DNA from: an uncultured delta proteobacterium
GTDB lineage: Bacteria; Myxococcota_A; UBA9160; UBA4427
Assembly: GCA_963822965.1 (NCBI GenBank)
Contig: CAWGJT010000005.1
Coordinates: forward strand, 992,001 to 1,056,000
Direction of reading: 5' to 3'
Length of the DNA stretch: 64,000 bases
Both the position numbers and the translations under genes were made by a program. This document shows positions 41,360 to 50,169 of the stretch, in pieces; position 1 is the first letter of the stretch, and every line of letters starts with the position of its first letter. The notes beneath the pieces were generated by a model, which searched no databases, was not told the DNA's origin, and saw only the letters and a program-made list of their open reading frames with translations.

Positions 41360-42901
41360 TCAGACGATGCGGGAGTCCTTCTTGCCCCAGAAGCGGTCGC
41401 GCAGCAGCCGCTTGTAGAGCTTGCCGGTGGGCAGCCGGGGCAGCTCCGCGTCGTAGTCGATGGAGCGAGGCACCTTGAAGCGGGCGAGACCCTGCTGGCA
41501 GAAGGCCAGCAGCTCGCGGGTGAGTGCCTCGTCGCCTTCCACGCCGGGCATGGGCTGCACCACCGCCTTCACCTCCTCGCCCAGGTCGTCGTTGGGCACC
41601 CCGAAGACCGCCACGTCCGCCACCTTGGGATGGGTGACCAGGTGATCCTCGATCTCGCGCGGGTAGATGTTCACGCCGCCCGAGATGATCATGTAGGCCT
41701 TGCGGTCGGTGAGGAAGAGGTAGCCGTCCTCGTCCACGTAGCCGACGTCGCCCAGGGTGGTGCGCCCGCCGCCGAGACGGCTCTCGGCGGTCTTCTCCGG
41801 CGCGTTGTGGTAGGCGAACTCGCCGCCCCCCGAGAAGCAGACGACGCCTTCCTGGCCCTGCGGCAGGTCGTTTCCCTCCTCGTCCACGATGTGGAGCTTC
41901 GTGCCCATGGCGCGGCCCACCGAACCGGGCTTCTGCAGCCACTCGGGGCTGGTGATGAAGGTGCTGCCGTTGCCCTCGGTCCCCGCGTAGTACTCGAAGA
42001 GGATCGGTCCCCACCACTCGATCATGCCGCGCTTGACGGGCACGGGGCACGGCGCGGCCGCGTGGATGGCGACCCGGTGCGAGCCGAGCTCGTGACGGAC
42101 CCGCTCCTCCTCGGGCAGCTTGAGCATGCGGCTGAACATGGTCGGCACCCACTGGCTGTGGGTGACGCGATGCTTCTCGATCAGCTCGAGCGCCCGGAGC
42201 GGCTCGAACTTCTCCATCATCACCACCGTCCCGCCGTGGCAGATCGTCGAGCTGGAGAACGCCAGGGGCGCGGCGTGGTACATGGGCGCCGGCGAGAGAT
42301 AGACCATCTCCTGCTGGAATCCGAAGAGCAGCCCGAGCGTCCGGGGCGCCTCGTGCTCGCTGGGCGTCGCGTCCGGCAGGGGAGCGAGGACGCCCTTGGG
42401 CCGGCCGGTGGTCCCCGACGAGTAGAGCATCGCCGCTCCCATGGTCTCGTCCGGAAGGCGCTCGCTGGAGAAGGACTCGACGGCGGGCTCGTAGGCCTCG
42501 AAGCCGGGAACGACGCCGTCCACCATCAGGCGCGTGTGGACGCGGTCGATGGCGCTCTCCCCGGACAGGGCCGCGGCCACGCTGGCCTTGGCGGCGCTCG
42601 TCACCAGCGCCCGGGCCTCGCAGTCGTTCACGATGTAGGCGACCTCGGGCGGCGTCAGGTAGCTGTTGATCGCGGTCACGTAGAGGCCCGATCGCAGGGC
42701 CGCCCACATGACCTCGAGGAAGCGGGGCTGGTTCTCCATGAAGAGGGCGATGTGGTCGCCGCGCCGCAGACCCGCCTCGCGCAGCAGCCGGGCCAGGCGG
42801 GTGGAGCGCTCGTCCAGCTCCCGGAAGGTCACGACGGCGCCCGACCCCATGATGATGGCCGGCTTGTCGGGCGTCGACTCCACGTAGTCTCCGGGGTACA
42901 T
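41360..42901 (-). CDS. Acyl-CoA synthetase (FadD4-like)
   Basis: YSSGTTGRPKG, EYYAGTE, GDVGY, ISGGVNIYP, TGKL. Confidence 0.93.
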   Translation of the reverse strand: MYPGDYVESTPDKPAIIMGSGAVVTFRELDERSTRLARLLREAGLRRGDHIALFMENQPRFLEVMWAALRSGLYVTAINSYLTPPEVAYIVNDCEARALVTSAAKASVAAALSGESAIDRVHTRLMVDGVVPGFEAYEPAVESFSSERLPDETMGAAMLYSSGTTGRPKGVLAPLPDATPSEHEAPRTLGLLFGFQQEMVYLSPAPMYHAAPLAFSSSTICHGGTVVMMEKFEPLRALELIEKHRVTHSQWVPTMFSRMLKLPEEERVRHELGSHRVAIHAAAPCPVPVKRGMIEWWGPILFEYYAGTEGNGSTFITSPEWLQKPGSVGRAMGTKLHIVDEEGNDLPQGQEGVVCFSGGGEFAYHNAPEKTAESRLGGGRTTLGDVGYVDEDGYLFLTDRKAYMIISGGVNIYPREIEDHLVTHPKVADVAVFGVPNDDLGEEVKAVVQPMPGVEGDEALTRELLAFCQQGLARFKVPRSIDYDAELPRLPTGKLYKRLLRDRFWGKKDSRIV

Positions 42902-43044
42902 GACGGCTTCCTCCCTGGTCCTCGGTCCTCGGTCCTCGCGCGGGTCTCGCTTCTCCGCTCGGGCCGCTCCCCTTATACTCGCCCAGGATACCGACCCACA
43001 CCCCGGTCCCACGACACCGGAGAGCCCTGCGGAGGGAACGGACC

Positions 43045-44931
43045 ATGTCGAGCCCCTGGCGTACCCGGGCAGTCGTCACCGGCGGCCTGCTGATCGCCCT
43101 GTCCTCGCTGCTCGCGGGCGTTGCCTGCCGCGGACCGGAGCCCGCGCCGCCGCCCCCCACCCCGAGCCCCGACACGGTTCGCACGCTCGCCCAGGGCCAG
43201 GTGATCGGCTTCGAGGATCGCTTCGACAGCCACGTCTGGCGGGGCATCCCGTATGCGCAACCCCCGGTAGGGGCCCTCCGCTGGCGCGCTCCCCGTCCGC
43301 CCGAGCCGTGGGACGGCACCCGCGAGGCCCTCACCCAGGGAAGATCCTGTCCCCAGTTCGCCGGGCCGGGGGGCGGCCCCCATGGCGAGGAGCGCGGCGA
43401 GCCCATGGGCGACGAGGACTGCCTCTACGTGAACGTCTTCGCGCCGCGCTTCACGCCGGACGCCGTGCCCACCGGCGACCGGCGACTGCCCGTGATGGTC
43501 TGGATCCACGGCGGCGGCAACACCATCGGCGACTCGCGGCCCTATCACGGCGGACGGCTGGCGAGCCGGCACGACGTCGTGGTCTTCACCATCAACTACC
43601 GGCTCGGCGTCTTCGGATGGTTCACGCATCCCGCCCTTCGCGGCCCGCAGGACGACGCCTGGGATCGCTCCGGGAACTGGGGAACCCTCGATCTCATCCG
43701 CGCGCTGCAATGGGTGCGGGAGAACGCCTCGGCGTTCGGCGGCAATCCCGACAACGTGACGATCTTCGGCGAGTCGGCGGGCGGCACCAACGTGTATTCG
43801 CTGCTCGTCTCGCGGCCGGCCCGGGGACTCTTCCAGCGGGCCATCGTCGAGAGCGGCGGCCTGCGGACCACGCCGCGGGCCGAGGCGGAGAACCTGGTGG
43901 ACGCGAAGGTCCCGGGCGACGCGTCGAGCTCGAGCGAGGTGCTGCTGCGACTCTTCCTGCAGGATGGCGCCGTCGACCGCGCCGCCGCCAAGGTGGAGCT
44001 GGCCTCCATGAAGCCTCCCGAGATCGCCGCCTACCTGCGCGGCAAGAGCAGCCGGGAGATCCTGGGGGTCTTCGGAAGGAACGAGCGCCTGGGCGGCATG
44101 TATCGCGTGCCGACGCTGATCCGCGACGGCGCCGTGCTGCCCGAGGGCGATCCCCACGACGTCCTCGCCGACCCCGACGGCACGGCGCCGGTGCCCACGA
44201 TCCTCGGCACCAACCGCGACGAGAACAAGCTCTTCCTCCTCTTCGGCTCCGACAACGTGCGGCATCTGTTCGGCCTGCCGCTCTGGCTCGCGGACGAGCG
44301 CGCCTACGACCTGGAAGCCGAGTACCAGTCGCTGGCCTGGAAGGCGTCGGGCGTCGACGGCCCCGCGGCAGCCATGCACGCGGCCCGCCCGGCGCCGGTC
44401 TTCGCCTATCGATTCGACTGGGACGAGGAGCCGACGGTGCTGTGGGCCGACTTCTCCAAGATGCTGGGGGCGTCCCACGCGCTCGAGATCCCGTTCGTCT
44501 TCGGCACCTTCGACCTGGGACGCGGCAACCGCTTCCTGTGGGACGAGGCGCGCATCCCCGAGCGGGATGCGCTCTCCGACGCGATGATGTCGTACTGGAC
44601 GAGCTTCGCCTACACGGGCGATCCGGGACGCGGCCGCAGCGGCACCCTCGTGCCCTGGACCGCGTGGGATGCGACCCGCGCTTCCGCGCCGAAGTTCCTG
44701 GTCTTCGACACGCCCGCCGACGGCGGGATCCGCATGTCGTCCAACACCATCACCAACGAGCGCCTGCTCGCAAAGCTGGCCGGCGACGACCGCTTCGAGG
44801 ACCTGCGCGAGCGCTGCCAGGTGCTCTACGAGCTCGTCACCTGGGGGCGCGGCATCTCCGAGGACGAGTACGCGGTCTTCTCGGACGGCGCGTGCAGGGC
44901 GTTCCCGCTGGACGCCTTTCCCTGGAACTGA
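43045..44931 (+). CDS. Type-B carboxylesterase, lipoprotein
   Basis: GIPYAQPP, EDCLY, WIHGGG, FGESAGG, HALEI. Confidence 0.93.
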   Translation: MSSPWRTRAVVTGGLLIALSSLLAGVACRGPEPAPPPPTPSPDTVRTLAQGQVIGFEDRFDSHVWRGIPYAQPPVGALRWRAPRPPEPWDGTREALTQGRSCPQFAGPGGGPHGEERGEPMGDEDCLYVNVFAPRFTPDAVPTGDRRLPVMVWIHGGGNTIGDSRPYHGGRLASRHDVVVFTINYRLGVFGWFTHPALRGPQDDAWDRSGNWGTLDLIRALQWVRENASAFGGNPDNVTIFGESAGGTNVYSLLVSRPARGLFQRAIVESGGLRTTPRAEAENLVDAKVPGDASSSSEVLLRLFLQDGAVDRAAAKVELASMKPPEIAAYLRGKSSREILGVFGRNERLGGMYRVPTLIRDGAVLPEGDPHDVLADPDGTAPVPTILGTNRDENKLFLLFGSDNVRHLFGLPLWLADERAYDLEAEYQSLAWKASGVDGPAAAMHAARPAPVFAYRFDWDEEPTVLWADFSKMLGASHALEIPFVFGTFDLGRGNRFLWDEARIPERDALSDAMMSYWTSFAYTGDPGRGRSGTLVPWTAWDATRASAPKFLVFDTPADGGIRMSSNTITNERLLAKLAGDDRFEDLRERCQVLYELVTWGRGISEDEYAVFSDGACRAFPLDAFPWN

Positions 44932-44977
44932 AGTGAAGTGAAAGAGGCCCTGGAACTGAAGTGAAAGCGGCCCTGGA
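44920..44977. repeat. Short tandem duplication of the esterase 3' end
   Basis: CCCTGGAACTGAAGTGAA at 44920 and 44948, partial CCCTGGA at 44971. Confidence 0.8.
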
Positions 44978-44989
44978 CGGGGCAGGCGA

Positions 44990-45598
44990 TCAGGCGGCGT
45001 CGCGCTTCTCGCGGCGGGAGTCGGCCTCGGCGAAGAGGATCTGCACGTCGCGGAGCGCCACCAGCAGCCGGCCGTAGAGCCGGATCTTCAGGCCTTCGAG
45101 GATCGAGAATCCGATCAGCGCGAAGATGCTCGAGGTGAGCGCCAGCGCCAGGGCGCCGAGCTCGAGGGATTTCTCCGAGGCCTGCATCGAGAGAAAAAGG
45201 ATGAGCATGCCGCCGGTGGTTCCGATGAAGCCGATCGGCGGGAGGAGGCTCCCGAACATCGTGATGAGCCGCGTGTAGTTGACCTCGAACTCGTCCATCA
45301 CGTACTGCCGGCTAGCGTCGAACACGAAGTCGGTCGGATGGTCTGCGTTGTCGCGCAGGGACTTGCGCAGGATGCGCATCATCAGGATCGCCAGCGGCTC
45401 GGTCCGGCCGCTCTCGACCTCCCCGCCGCCCCGCCGCAAGGTGCCGGCGTCCACGCGCCGGGTGGCGCTCCAGGCCCGCAGGCAGATGCGGATCCCCTTG
45501 TAGAAGGGCACCCAGGTGCACACGAGGGCGACCACGGTCAACAGCCACGCTACGGATTCTTCGGAAAACACGCTCGCTACCCCTTCTATCCCTTCCAC
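44990..45598 (-). CDS. MotA/TolQ/ExbB proton-channel family protein
   Basis: Three TM helices; LLPPIGFIGTTGGM and ALALTSS match the TolQ/ExbB TM2-TM3 motifs. Confidence 0.8.
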   Translation of the reverse strand: MEGIEGVASVFSEESVAWLLTVVALVCTWVPFYKGIRICLRAWSATRRVDAGTLRRGGGEVESGRTEPLAILMMRILRKSLRDNADHPTDFVFDASRQYVMDEFEVNYTRLITMFGSLLPPIGFIGTTGGMLILFLSMQASEKSLELGALALALTSSIFALIGFSILEGLKIRLYGRLLVALRDVQILFAEADSRREKRDAA

Positions 45599-46107
45599 TT
45601 CCGGTCGCGGAGGATCTGGAGGCCGTCCCCCAGGCTTCCCTGTCGTCCGATCGGATACTCGATCAGCAGGTTCTCACGGCCCTGAAAGCGCCGCTCGATG
45701 TCGTCGATCGTGTCCTGGACCCGCCGCGGATATCGCATCTGGATGAGGAGCTCGGCCTTCGCGAAGCGCAGGCTCGCGTCGACGGCGGCCAGCTCGGCGT
45801 GGTTGCTCTGCCACTGTGCTCGCAGCAGGGGGTCCAGGTACTCGCCCAGATAGCTGGCCAGGAAGGTGTCGAAGAGATCGATCGAGCGGTTGTCCCGCCG
45901 GTCCACCAGGCTCTGCAGGGTGGCGTGGAAGTGGAGCAGGTCGCGATACGCGCGGTCGAGATCGTGCTTGCGCTGCACCAGCGCCTCGCCGCCGAGGGGT
46001 GCCTCGCTCACCTTCGCCGCGTCGAGGTCGTACGCCTCGCCGCCGGCGCACGCGGTGAGCGCCAACGTCGCCACCGCCAGGATCGTATTGCGGATTCGCG
46101 TGTTCAT
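45586..46107 (-). CDS. Hypothetical helical lipoprotein
   Basis: LTAC lipobox; overlaps both neighbours. Confidence 0.75.
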   Translation of the reverse strand: MNTRIRNTILAVATLALTACAGGEAYDLDAAKVSEAPLGGEALVQRKHDLDRAYRDLLHFHATLQSLVDRRDNRSIDLFDTFLASYLGEYLDPLLRAQWQSNHAELAAVDASLRFAKAELLIQMRYPRRVQDTIDDIERRFQGRENLLIEYPIGRQGSLGDGLQILRDRKWKG

Positions 46108-48254
46108 GCGTCGTCCCTCCCCTCGCCAGGCGTCGGCGCGCCGTTCTCGTGGTACATGCGTCGCAGCAGGCTGTGGACCGGGTGGTCACGCTGGGCTCGC
46201 AGCTCGTCGATCATCGGGTCGGCCTCCCGCGCCGCCTGGTAGAGGGGCAGCGCGCGCTTGCGGGCCGAGAGCTGCCGCTCGATCTTCGCGAGCTCGTCCG
46301 TCACCTTGTGGATGCGCCGGGTGACCGAGGTGCGCTCGGCGCGGGCGCTGCCGGGATCGTCGTTGGATGCCGCCTTGGCGGGACCGGCCGACTCGTCGTC
46401 GCCGCCCACGCCGTTCATCCGACGCCGCTGCGCTTCGAGGCTGGCCAGCTCGGTCTGGAGCGCGGCCCGGCGCTGGTCGAGGTCGCCGAGGCTGTTCTCG
46501 AGCACGCCGCGCTGCTCGGTGTCCGCGAAGCCCAGGTACATGAGCACCAGGTCGTCGCCCAGGGCGCGGCGCATGGCGCCCAGCGGCTTCGCGTCGGCCT
46601 CGCCGGCCTGGATCCACTTGTGGAGCTCGCGCGAGCGCACCACCGCGTCGGCGATGGGGCGCCCGAGGTTCATGTACTCGTTCGACTGCCCCTTGCGCTC
46701 GAGGGCGTTCGTCAGGAGCGACCACAGGCGCCGGTCGAACGGATAGAGCCGGAGCGCCGTCACGTAGTTCTGGACGACGAGGTCGATCTCGGCCGCCGTC
46801 GGATTGCTCTCCGCGAAGCCCATGTAGGCGTCGCCGAAGCCCCGTGCCGACTCGTAGGCGGCGAAGTACGCCGAGTCGGGCACGAACTCGAGGGAGTCGG
46901 GCGTGGCGAACTGCTGGAAGAACGAGAGATAGCGGGCGTACATCCGCGACGCGCTCCGGACCAGGTCCTGGGAGCGCGTCTTCTCGCGCAGGCTGCGGGC
47001 GAGGTAGTAGTCCGCCGCGTTGAGGTGGGTCTCCTGGATCTCCTCCCACAGCGAATGCAGGGTCTGGATGTAGGCGTCGCGGCCGGCGGTGCGGTACCCG
47101 GCCTCCTTCCAGCCGTCTCCGGTGCGCGCGTCGAAGAGCGCCGCGTAGGTCTCGATGGCGCCTTCCATCTGGAAGGGCGTCTCCACCGACGGATCGACGC
47201 CCAGGCGCTGCTTGGCGGCGTAGATCTCGCCCATCTGCCGTAGCACGCGGATGTAGACCGCCGCGCGGCCCTGCAGGGTTTCGGCGCGGTCGAGCGCCGC
47301 CTCGTAGGCGCCGCTCGCGACGCCGATGGCCTTGATGGTCTCCTCGCTGAGCCCCTTGGTGGCGAGCAGTCCGCGGGCGTACTCGTGGTAGCGACCCGCC
47401 TCGAAGAGGGCGAGCGTGAAGGTGAGCGAGCCGCCGTCGGACTCGGGACCGTCGACGCGTTCGATGATACGATCGAGGTACGGGAGCGAAGAGGCCTCGG
47501 GCGGAATCACGTCCGGATGCGCGCCCACGCGGCCGTCGTGGAGCAGCCGCACGATGGCCACCAGCGGATCGAGGTCGCGGTTCATGCCCGCTTCCTGGCT
47601 GCGGATCAAGATGAGACGCGCCTGGTTCTCGAACACGTAGGGCAGCGCCGACACGAAGCCCGAGTTCGCGGACTGGGAGAGGGAGAGCGCTTCGAGGGTC
47701 TCGTAGGCGCTCTCGAGCGGAACCACCACGTCGAGCCACAGGTCGAGATTCTGCTTGACGAAGTCCGAAGGGCTGCCCTTCTCGAGCGCCCGGTGGGCCA
47801 TGATGTAGTGATACCAGTAGGCGTTCTCGTGCCGGCCCTGCTGGTTCTCGAAGCCCTCGATCGCATCGACGGCCTTGTCGAGGTAGCGGGTGTTGCCGCC
47901 GGCGAGATAGAGGAGGAAGTAGCCGATGCCGAGGCGCCGGAGGGAGGGCTCGTCGAGCGCTTCCCCGTCGTCGCGCTTCGCCTCGTAGGTCTCGAAGAGA
48001 TACTCCTCGAGGGTGACGCCGGCCTCCTTGCCGTACTGCGCCAGGCGGTCGCTCAGAGCCTTCGGCTCCGCGGACGTGTAGACGTACGCGTAATCGAGGT
48101 ATCCCTCCCAGCGCGCCGGATCGCGGGTCGCCGCACGGGCGATCCCACCGGACACCAGGGTGAGCGCCAGGGCCGCGACACACGTCGCGAGCGCGAGCCT
48201 GCGGGCCCGGCCTCCGTCCCGTCTCGGTTCTCGTCGTCGAAGTTCTGTGTTCAT
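46104..48254 (-). CDS. Large exported alpha-helical (TPR-like) protein with C-terminal coiled coil
   Basis: Signal peptide ending near ARA; 716-aa open frame with host-like codon usage; helical Y/A/L-rich pattern. Confidence 0.75.
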   Translation of the reverse strand: MNTELRRREPRRDGGRARRLALATCVAALALTLVSGGIARAATRDPARWEGYLDYAYVYTSAEPKALSDRLAQYGKEAGVTLEEYLFETYEAKRDDGEALDEPSLRRLGIGYFLLYLAGGNTRYLDKAVDAIEGFENQQGRHENAYWYHYIMAHRALEKGSPSDFVKQNLDLWLDVVVPLESAYETLEALSLSQSANSGFVSALPYVFENQARLILIRSQEAGMNRDLDPLVAIVRLLHDGRVGAHPDVIPPEASSLPYLDRIIERVDGPESDGGSLTFTLALFEAGRYHEYARGLLATKGLSEETIKAIGVASGAYEAALDRAETLQGRAAVYIRVLRQMGEIYAAKQRLGVDPSVETPFQMEGAIETYAALFDARTGDGWKEAGYRTAGRDAYIQTLHSLWEEIQETHLNAADYYLARSLREKTRSQDLVRSASRMYARYLSFFQQFATPDSLEFVPDSAYFAAYESARGFGDAYMGFAESNPTAAEIDLVVQNYVTALRLYPFDRRLWSLLTNALERKGQSNEYMNLGRPIADAVVRSRELHKWIQAGEADAKPLGAMRRALGDDLVLMYLGFADTEQRGVLENSLGDLDQRRAALQTELASLEAQRRRMNGVGGDDESAGPAKAASNDDPGSARAERTSVTRRIHKVTDELAKIERQLSARKRALPLYQAAREADPMIDELRAQRDHPVHSLLRRMYHENGAPTPGEGRDDA

Positions 48255-48290
48255 TCCGGTTTGCGGCTCCCCGTCCTCGTTCCGCCGACC

Positions 48291-49595
48291 TCAGCGTTCG
48301 ACGCAATCGAGCGCGTGCCGGAGCTCTACGCAGCGGTCGGCCACGGGCCGACCGGGTGCACGCTCGATCGTCATCAGGAATGCGTTCAGGTTCTTGGTCT
48401 CTACGAATCGGTAGGTCCCTGCCCGATTTACGCATTCCCTTTGCGTCGTTACGGCAGCCACCAGCCGGCGCTTGAGCGCGTCTTCCTGGGCCTCCGAGAC
48501 GCAGGCCGCCAGCGAGGCCAGGGGCACCGCTGCGAGCCCACCGTTGCCCGAGCGGTCCTCGCGGCTGCGACCGCCGGTGGCGCGGTCCGTGTGGCTCCGC
48601 TCGAAGCCGCGTGCGGGAGGCTCCGGGAGGGCGGCCCGGGCCGCCGGGGCCACGGCGGAGAGCGCCGGCGCGATGGCCGGCGGCCGCGTCGACCGGTGGC
48701 GATCGGGCAGCACGGGCTGGCCCCGCCGAGGAGCGGGCTCCGGGGCGGCGAGGGCGGCGGGCGGGGGCGGCGGCGCCGCCGCCGCGAAGGAGACGTTCAC
48801 CCGGGAGCGGCTCTCCCCGGCGACCGGTGCGGGCCGGTGGGTGCGCGCCACGGGGGCTTCCGGCGCGGGCGCCGACGGGGGTCTCGCCGCGATGGGAGGC
48901 CCGAGATCCGCCCTCGGTCGCCGGCTCGGCGCCTCGGCGCGGACCGCCGCGAAGCGCCGGGGGCGCTCGGGCTCGGCGACCCGGGGCAGATCCGGCGCGT
49001 CCACCACCGGAGCCAGCTCCATCTTGGGGCGCACGGTCTCCCGCACCCGGTTGCCCCGGCGGACGGGCGGCGGGGGCGGCGGCTCGGGGGCCTTCGCGAG
49101 CGCCACCGCGTCGATCTGCGGGCGCACCACCGGCTTGGGCTTCACGACGGGCTTCGGCGCGGGTCGCGGCGGCGGCTTCACCTTCGCCACCCGCTGCACC
49201 GGCGGCGGAGGCGGAGGCTCGGGCTTCACCACCTCCTTCTTCGGCGGCGGCGGAGGCTCGGGCTTCTTCTCGGCCACCTTCTGGGGCGGAGGCGGCTCCT
49301 CGATGGGAAGGGGCTCGGGCTCGGGAGCCTCCTCGACGACCGGCGCCTCTCGCTGGATCATGACGACCTCGAGGTCCGTGTACCCCTTGTCGCGACTGGT
49401 GGTGACGAAGAGGGCGGCCAGCACGAAGACGGCCAGCACCAGGGGCGGCGCCACCGTGAGATAGAAGTCGGCACCCGCGTCCCGCAGCGCACCGCCCATG
49501 GAGAGCGAGCGCTGGGTCACGAAGTGCGGAACGGGCGAGAGCCTCACCCGCGCGGCGCCGAACCCGTAGTGGCGGCGGACCCGCCAGTCGCTCAT
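48291..49595 (-). CDS. TonB/TolA-like energy transducer with a non-canonical Cys-rich C-domain
   Basis: Single TM helix, EP/KP-rich proline linker, roughly 80-aa C-terminal domain with 4 Cys. Confidence 0.7.
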   Translation of the reverse strand: MSDWRVRRHYGFGAARVRLSPVPHFVTQRSLSMGGALRDAGADFYLTVAPPLVLAVFVLAALFVTTSRDKGYTDLEVVMIQREAPVVEEAPEPEPLPIEEPPPPQKVAEKKPEPPPPPKKEVVKPEPPPPPPVQRVAKVKPPPRPAPKPVVKPKPVVRPQIDAVALAKAPEPPPPPPVRRGNRVRETVRPKMELAPVVDAPDLPRVAEPERPRRFAAVRAEAPSRRPRADLGPPIAARPPSAPAPEAPVARTHRPAPVAGESRSRVNVSFAAAAPPPPPAALAAPEPAPRRGQPVLPDRHRSTRPPAIAPALSAVAPAARAALPEPPARGFERSHTDRATGGRSREDRSGNGGLAAVPLASLAACVSEAQEDALKRRLVAAVTTQRECVNRAGTYRFVETKNLNAFLMTIERAPGRPVADRCVELRHALDCVER

Positions 49596-50077
49596 CGCTC
49601 CTCCAGCAGGCGTGCGACGAGGGCGCGGCGCGGGCTCGGCCAGTACTGCTCGATCAGGCCCGCGGCGTCCAGCAGGTCCTGGGAGCGCGAGTCCTCGTGG
49701 GGTGCGAGCAGCGGCTTGTCGACACCCTGACCGTGCAGTGCGCGCAGCGCGTCGCGCAGGGCGTTCTTGTCCAGCATCTCGGCCTCGTCCCCGAGCGCGT
49801 CCCCGCCGGCCAGGCGAAGCTCGAAGGGCGGCTCGAGGGTGCCGTCGTCGTACTGCGACGGCGGCTGCACGCGCAGCTGCCACAGCTTCCCGGCCGCACC
49901 GCCCGTGAACTCCTTGCTCGCCTCCTCGCCGATCTTCGGCACGGCCATCTCGCCGAGATCGGGCGCGCCCGCCTTCTCGGTGGCGACGAGCGTCATCGCG
50001 ATCAACATCAGGAATGCGAGGTCTACGAAGGAGAAGAGCCAGACCGGCGCTCCTCCCTTCTCCACTCTGTCTGCCAT
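49592..50077 (-). CDS. ExbD/TolR/MotB-like protein
   Basis: WLFSFVDLAFLMLIAM TM segment with the conserved Asp, then a small periplasmic domain. Confidence 0.75.
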   Translation of the reverse strand: MADRVEKGGAPVWLFSFVDLAFLMLIAMTLVATEKAGAPDLGEMAVPKIGEEASKEFTGGAAGKLWQLRVQPPSQYDDGTLEPPFELRLAGGDALGDEAEMLDKNALRDALRALHGQGVDKPLLAPHEDSRSQDLLDAAGLIEQYWPSPRRALVARLLEER

Positions 50078-50169
50078 AGTGCCACCGGACGCCGCGCGAG
50101 CCGCGCGACCGCCCTCCCCCCCTGTGTGCTTCGCCTCCAGGAACCCGGCGGACCCCGCCGCCCGACCTC

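Noticed and set aside
42917..42938. GGTCCTC x3 microsatellite in the acyl-CoA ligase leader
   Set aside because: Too short to argue for phase variation.
32621..43406. Very long alternative-frame ORFs (1508, 1943 and 1349 aa)
   Set aside because: Arg/Gly/Pro-rich shadow frames expected in high-GC DNA; only the C-terminal part of 33613-39444 (from 37228) is a real gene.
44990..50077. Zorya anti-phage system or flagellar stator
   Set aside because: No long ZorA tail, no OmpA-like peptidoglycan-binding domain on the B subunit, and no ZorC/D/E or flagellar genes.
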